Source: Sphaerodactylus townsendi (lineage: Eukaryota). From it: a stretch of DNA of 64,000 bases. Each line of letters begins with the position of its first letter. The stretch's first letter is position 1. This document shows positions 61,975 through 64,000 of this stretch, piece by piece. The notes beneath the pieces were generated by a model, which saw only the letters and a program-made list of their open reading frames with translations, ran no database searches and was not told where the DNA came from. The DNA is taken from NCBI RefSeq assembly GCF_021028975.2, contig NC_059430.1, positions 95,790,001 through 95,854,000 of the forward strand. The letters run 5' to 3'. A program made the position numbers and the translations under genes.

Positions 61975-62450
61975 TAGCACAGAATTAGGCATCCCATGGT
62001 GTTCATCTTTTCCTGCCTTTCTGATCTATGTGGCTTTGAACATACTTTAAACTGCTATCAGGGTTAATAGTGCCTGCTCTGAATGGCTGCAGTGTCTCTG
62101 ACAGACTTTTTCATCACCATGGTGTAGTAGTCAAAGTTTTAGACTAGGATCTGGGAGACCCAGATTTGAATCCCAGTTGCCCCCGCTGCCACAGAAGCTT
62201 GCCAAGTGATCGGCCAGTCACTGTCTCTCAGCCCAACCTCCCTTGCAGGATTTTTGTGATGATAAAATAGAGAAGAGAACAATGTAAGATGCTTTGGGTC
62301 CCATCAGGGAGACTGGTGGGATACAAATGCAGTAAAATAAATTACATACTCCCTGAGCTTTCTAGCTGAAGATGGTAGGGATTGAATCTAAACTGTCTAC
62401 CTGCAAACAGGTTCTCTCCATCCCTGGTTGCATTCTGACTGTCAGTATTG

Positions 62451-63306
62451 TGTTCCTGTGGCGCCTCCCCTGACCGCCCGTCCCCCTGGGGCGAGTGTGC
62501 CGTCCCACCTCCCTTTACCTGGGGATTGTCCTCCTCAGACGATGACTTAAATAACCTCACCCACAGGGCGCCTCAGCATGTGGCGTGCCCTGACGCCCTT
62601 TCTGCTCCCTTCCTGCACTCTTCTCCTCACTCAGTTACCTCACTGAGCGAGGGTGGGTCTGCCTCCCAGGCTTCCCACCACTCCCCCTCCCCTGTTGTAC
62701 CCTCACAGGGTGGGGGCTCAGCACCAGTTCCCCAGCTTGTTCTCTGGCACAGCTGGGCTGCAGGACCCTTCCTGTCCCTGCCCTCCTGGGCTAACCAGCT
62801 CTCTTTCCCTGCTAAGCAGCTCTCTTTTCTGCTAAGCAGTTCTTTTCCCCTGCCTCCTCGCAGGACTCCCTTCCACCCTCTTCCCACAGCCAATGCCCCT
62901 GAGCTTCCTTTCCCACCCCCTTATATCCCTTTCTCCCTCTCAACTCCCTGCCTCGTCCCAGCTGTCGCCCCTCCTGATCAGGCTCAGCTGAGGCTAGGCG
63001 AGCCCGGCTGGGCTCAGAGCCCCGCCCCCACACTCCCTCAACAAGGCGCGTTCGAGCCGGCGGATCTGCTGGCCGCCCAGTTGAATGGTCAGGGGGTTGA
63101 TATATCGACATGGTGTCTGGTTCTGGCGTTGGTGAGTCGCCATGTCGGGGCGGCGGCGTCCCGTCGGGGCTGGGAGGCGGCAGATCTCCGGGGCAGGGAG
63201 GCGGCTAATCGGCCAGGCGACGTGCCATCCTCTCCTCGGTAGCGGCCACAGCCTCACGTGACCCCAGAACAAGTCCGGGCGCTGCGCTGGGGCTCGCACC
63301 CGGACA
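62451..63306 (-). mobile_element. Probable solo LTR (Gypsy-like)
   Basis: Sharply bounded 856-bp GC/CpG-rich block with TG...CA ends (TGTTCC / GGACA), 4-bp flanks ATTG / ATTA, and a minus-strand TATA-like GATATAAG near 62920-62927. Confidence 0.55.
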
Positions 63307-64000
63307 ATTAACTTTGGGATCAGTTTTCGAGGCTGCTTTATTGTTCAGTCTGGGATGGTAGCTTGGTAGTTTTGGTCTTGCTGAGTTACTGAGCAGGGTA
63401 CCAAATAGGCTTCAGTGGGATCTGGGATAAAATAGCTTGGCACATCCAGCATGGTATTCTGCATGTGCTGTCCAGCCAGACGGCCTTGTTAAAGACACCT
63501 GGGGTAGAAGTTTACAACCTGTTTTCTGGGGAGCTGGTCAAGAGCTGGCTTGAGGGGCCCTATTCAGGTATGGCTGTTAGATAAGGACTAAGAGGTGATA
63601 GAAAACACACTTGCAAAGAAGGATTAGCTGCTGCACATTTATCATGGAGTGGGAATGGTTATCAGGTGGTCTGTTCTGCTTTTCCCAAAGGCAAAGTCAC
63701 CCATCCAGCAAATCTTTCCAAGGTTACACGGTCACCTTACTATGTATGAACCTTACAATGTGTCAAGTAGGTGTATGACCTCTCCTCCCCAAGTCAATAA
63801 AGCCAGAGGTCCACATTTTTCAGGGAAACTGTAGTCTTGGACTGTCATGGTAGAGATGGAAACAAAAACGTTTTTTCTTTAGGGGAGGGGCTATGACTCA
63901 GTGGAGAGGGCCTCTGCTTTGCATGAACAAGATCCCAGGTCAGTCCTCAGCATCTTTGGTTGAAAGGAGCAGGTAGCTAGTGATGTGAAAGACCTCTTCC

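Noticed and set aside
62448-63242. 264-aa Pro/Ser-rich ORF
   Set aside because: Non-ATG start, low complexity, no recognisable domain; it lies within the GC-rich LTR-like block.

Overview
Vertebrate genomic DNA, most likely a squamate and probably a gecko (inferred from the repeat content). It is not prokaryotic, and no CRISPR array, rRNA or tRNA gene was found. The window holds two complete + strand genes traced exon by exon with canonical GT-AG junctions and consistent phases: ELOA/TCEB3 (11 coding exons, 5872-31174, 774 aa) and PITHD1 (6 coding exons, 40538-51899, 211 aa). A third CpG-island promoter at about 55.3-55.5 kb is probably the non-coding first exon of LYPLA2, by the ELOA-PITHD1-LYPLA2 synteny known from human; no LYPLA2 coding exon was seen. 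Introns and intergenic DNA are rich in transposon remnants: tRNA/CORE (Squam3-type) and 5S-derived SINEs, CR1/L2/RTE fragments, hAT, Harbinger and Tc1/mariner MITEs, a SPIN MITE, a probable solo LTR and Penelope-like (PLE) ends. The most notable signals are: (1) PLE remnants carrying minimal hammerhead ribozyme motifs, one with an intact core at 61030-61070 inside a self-complementary, TSD-flanked insert; (2) a gap-free 134-bp hairpin in ELOA intron 1 whose mismatches lean towards G-U on the sense strand; (3) an array of YY1-type motifs in the ELOA promoter next to a MITE carrying ZNF143/THAP11-type motifs. I cannot claim a wholly new biological system. All calls are by eye, and family names come from recalled consensus features, not database searches.
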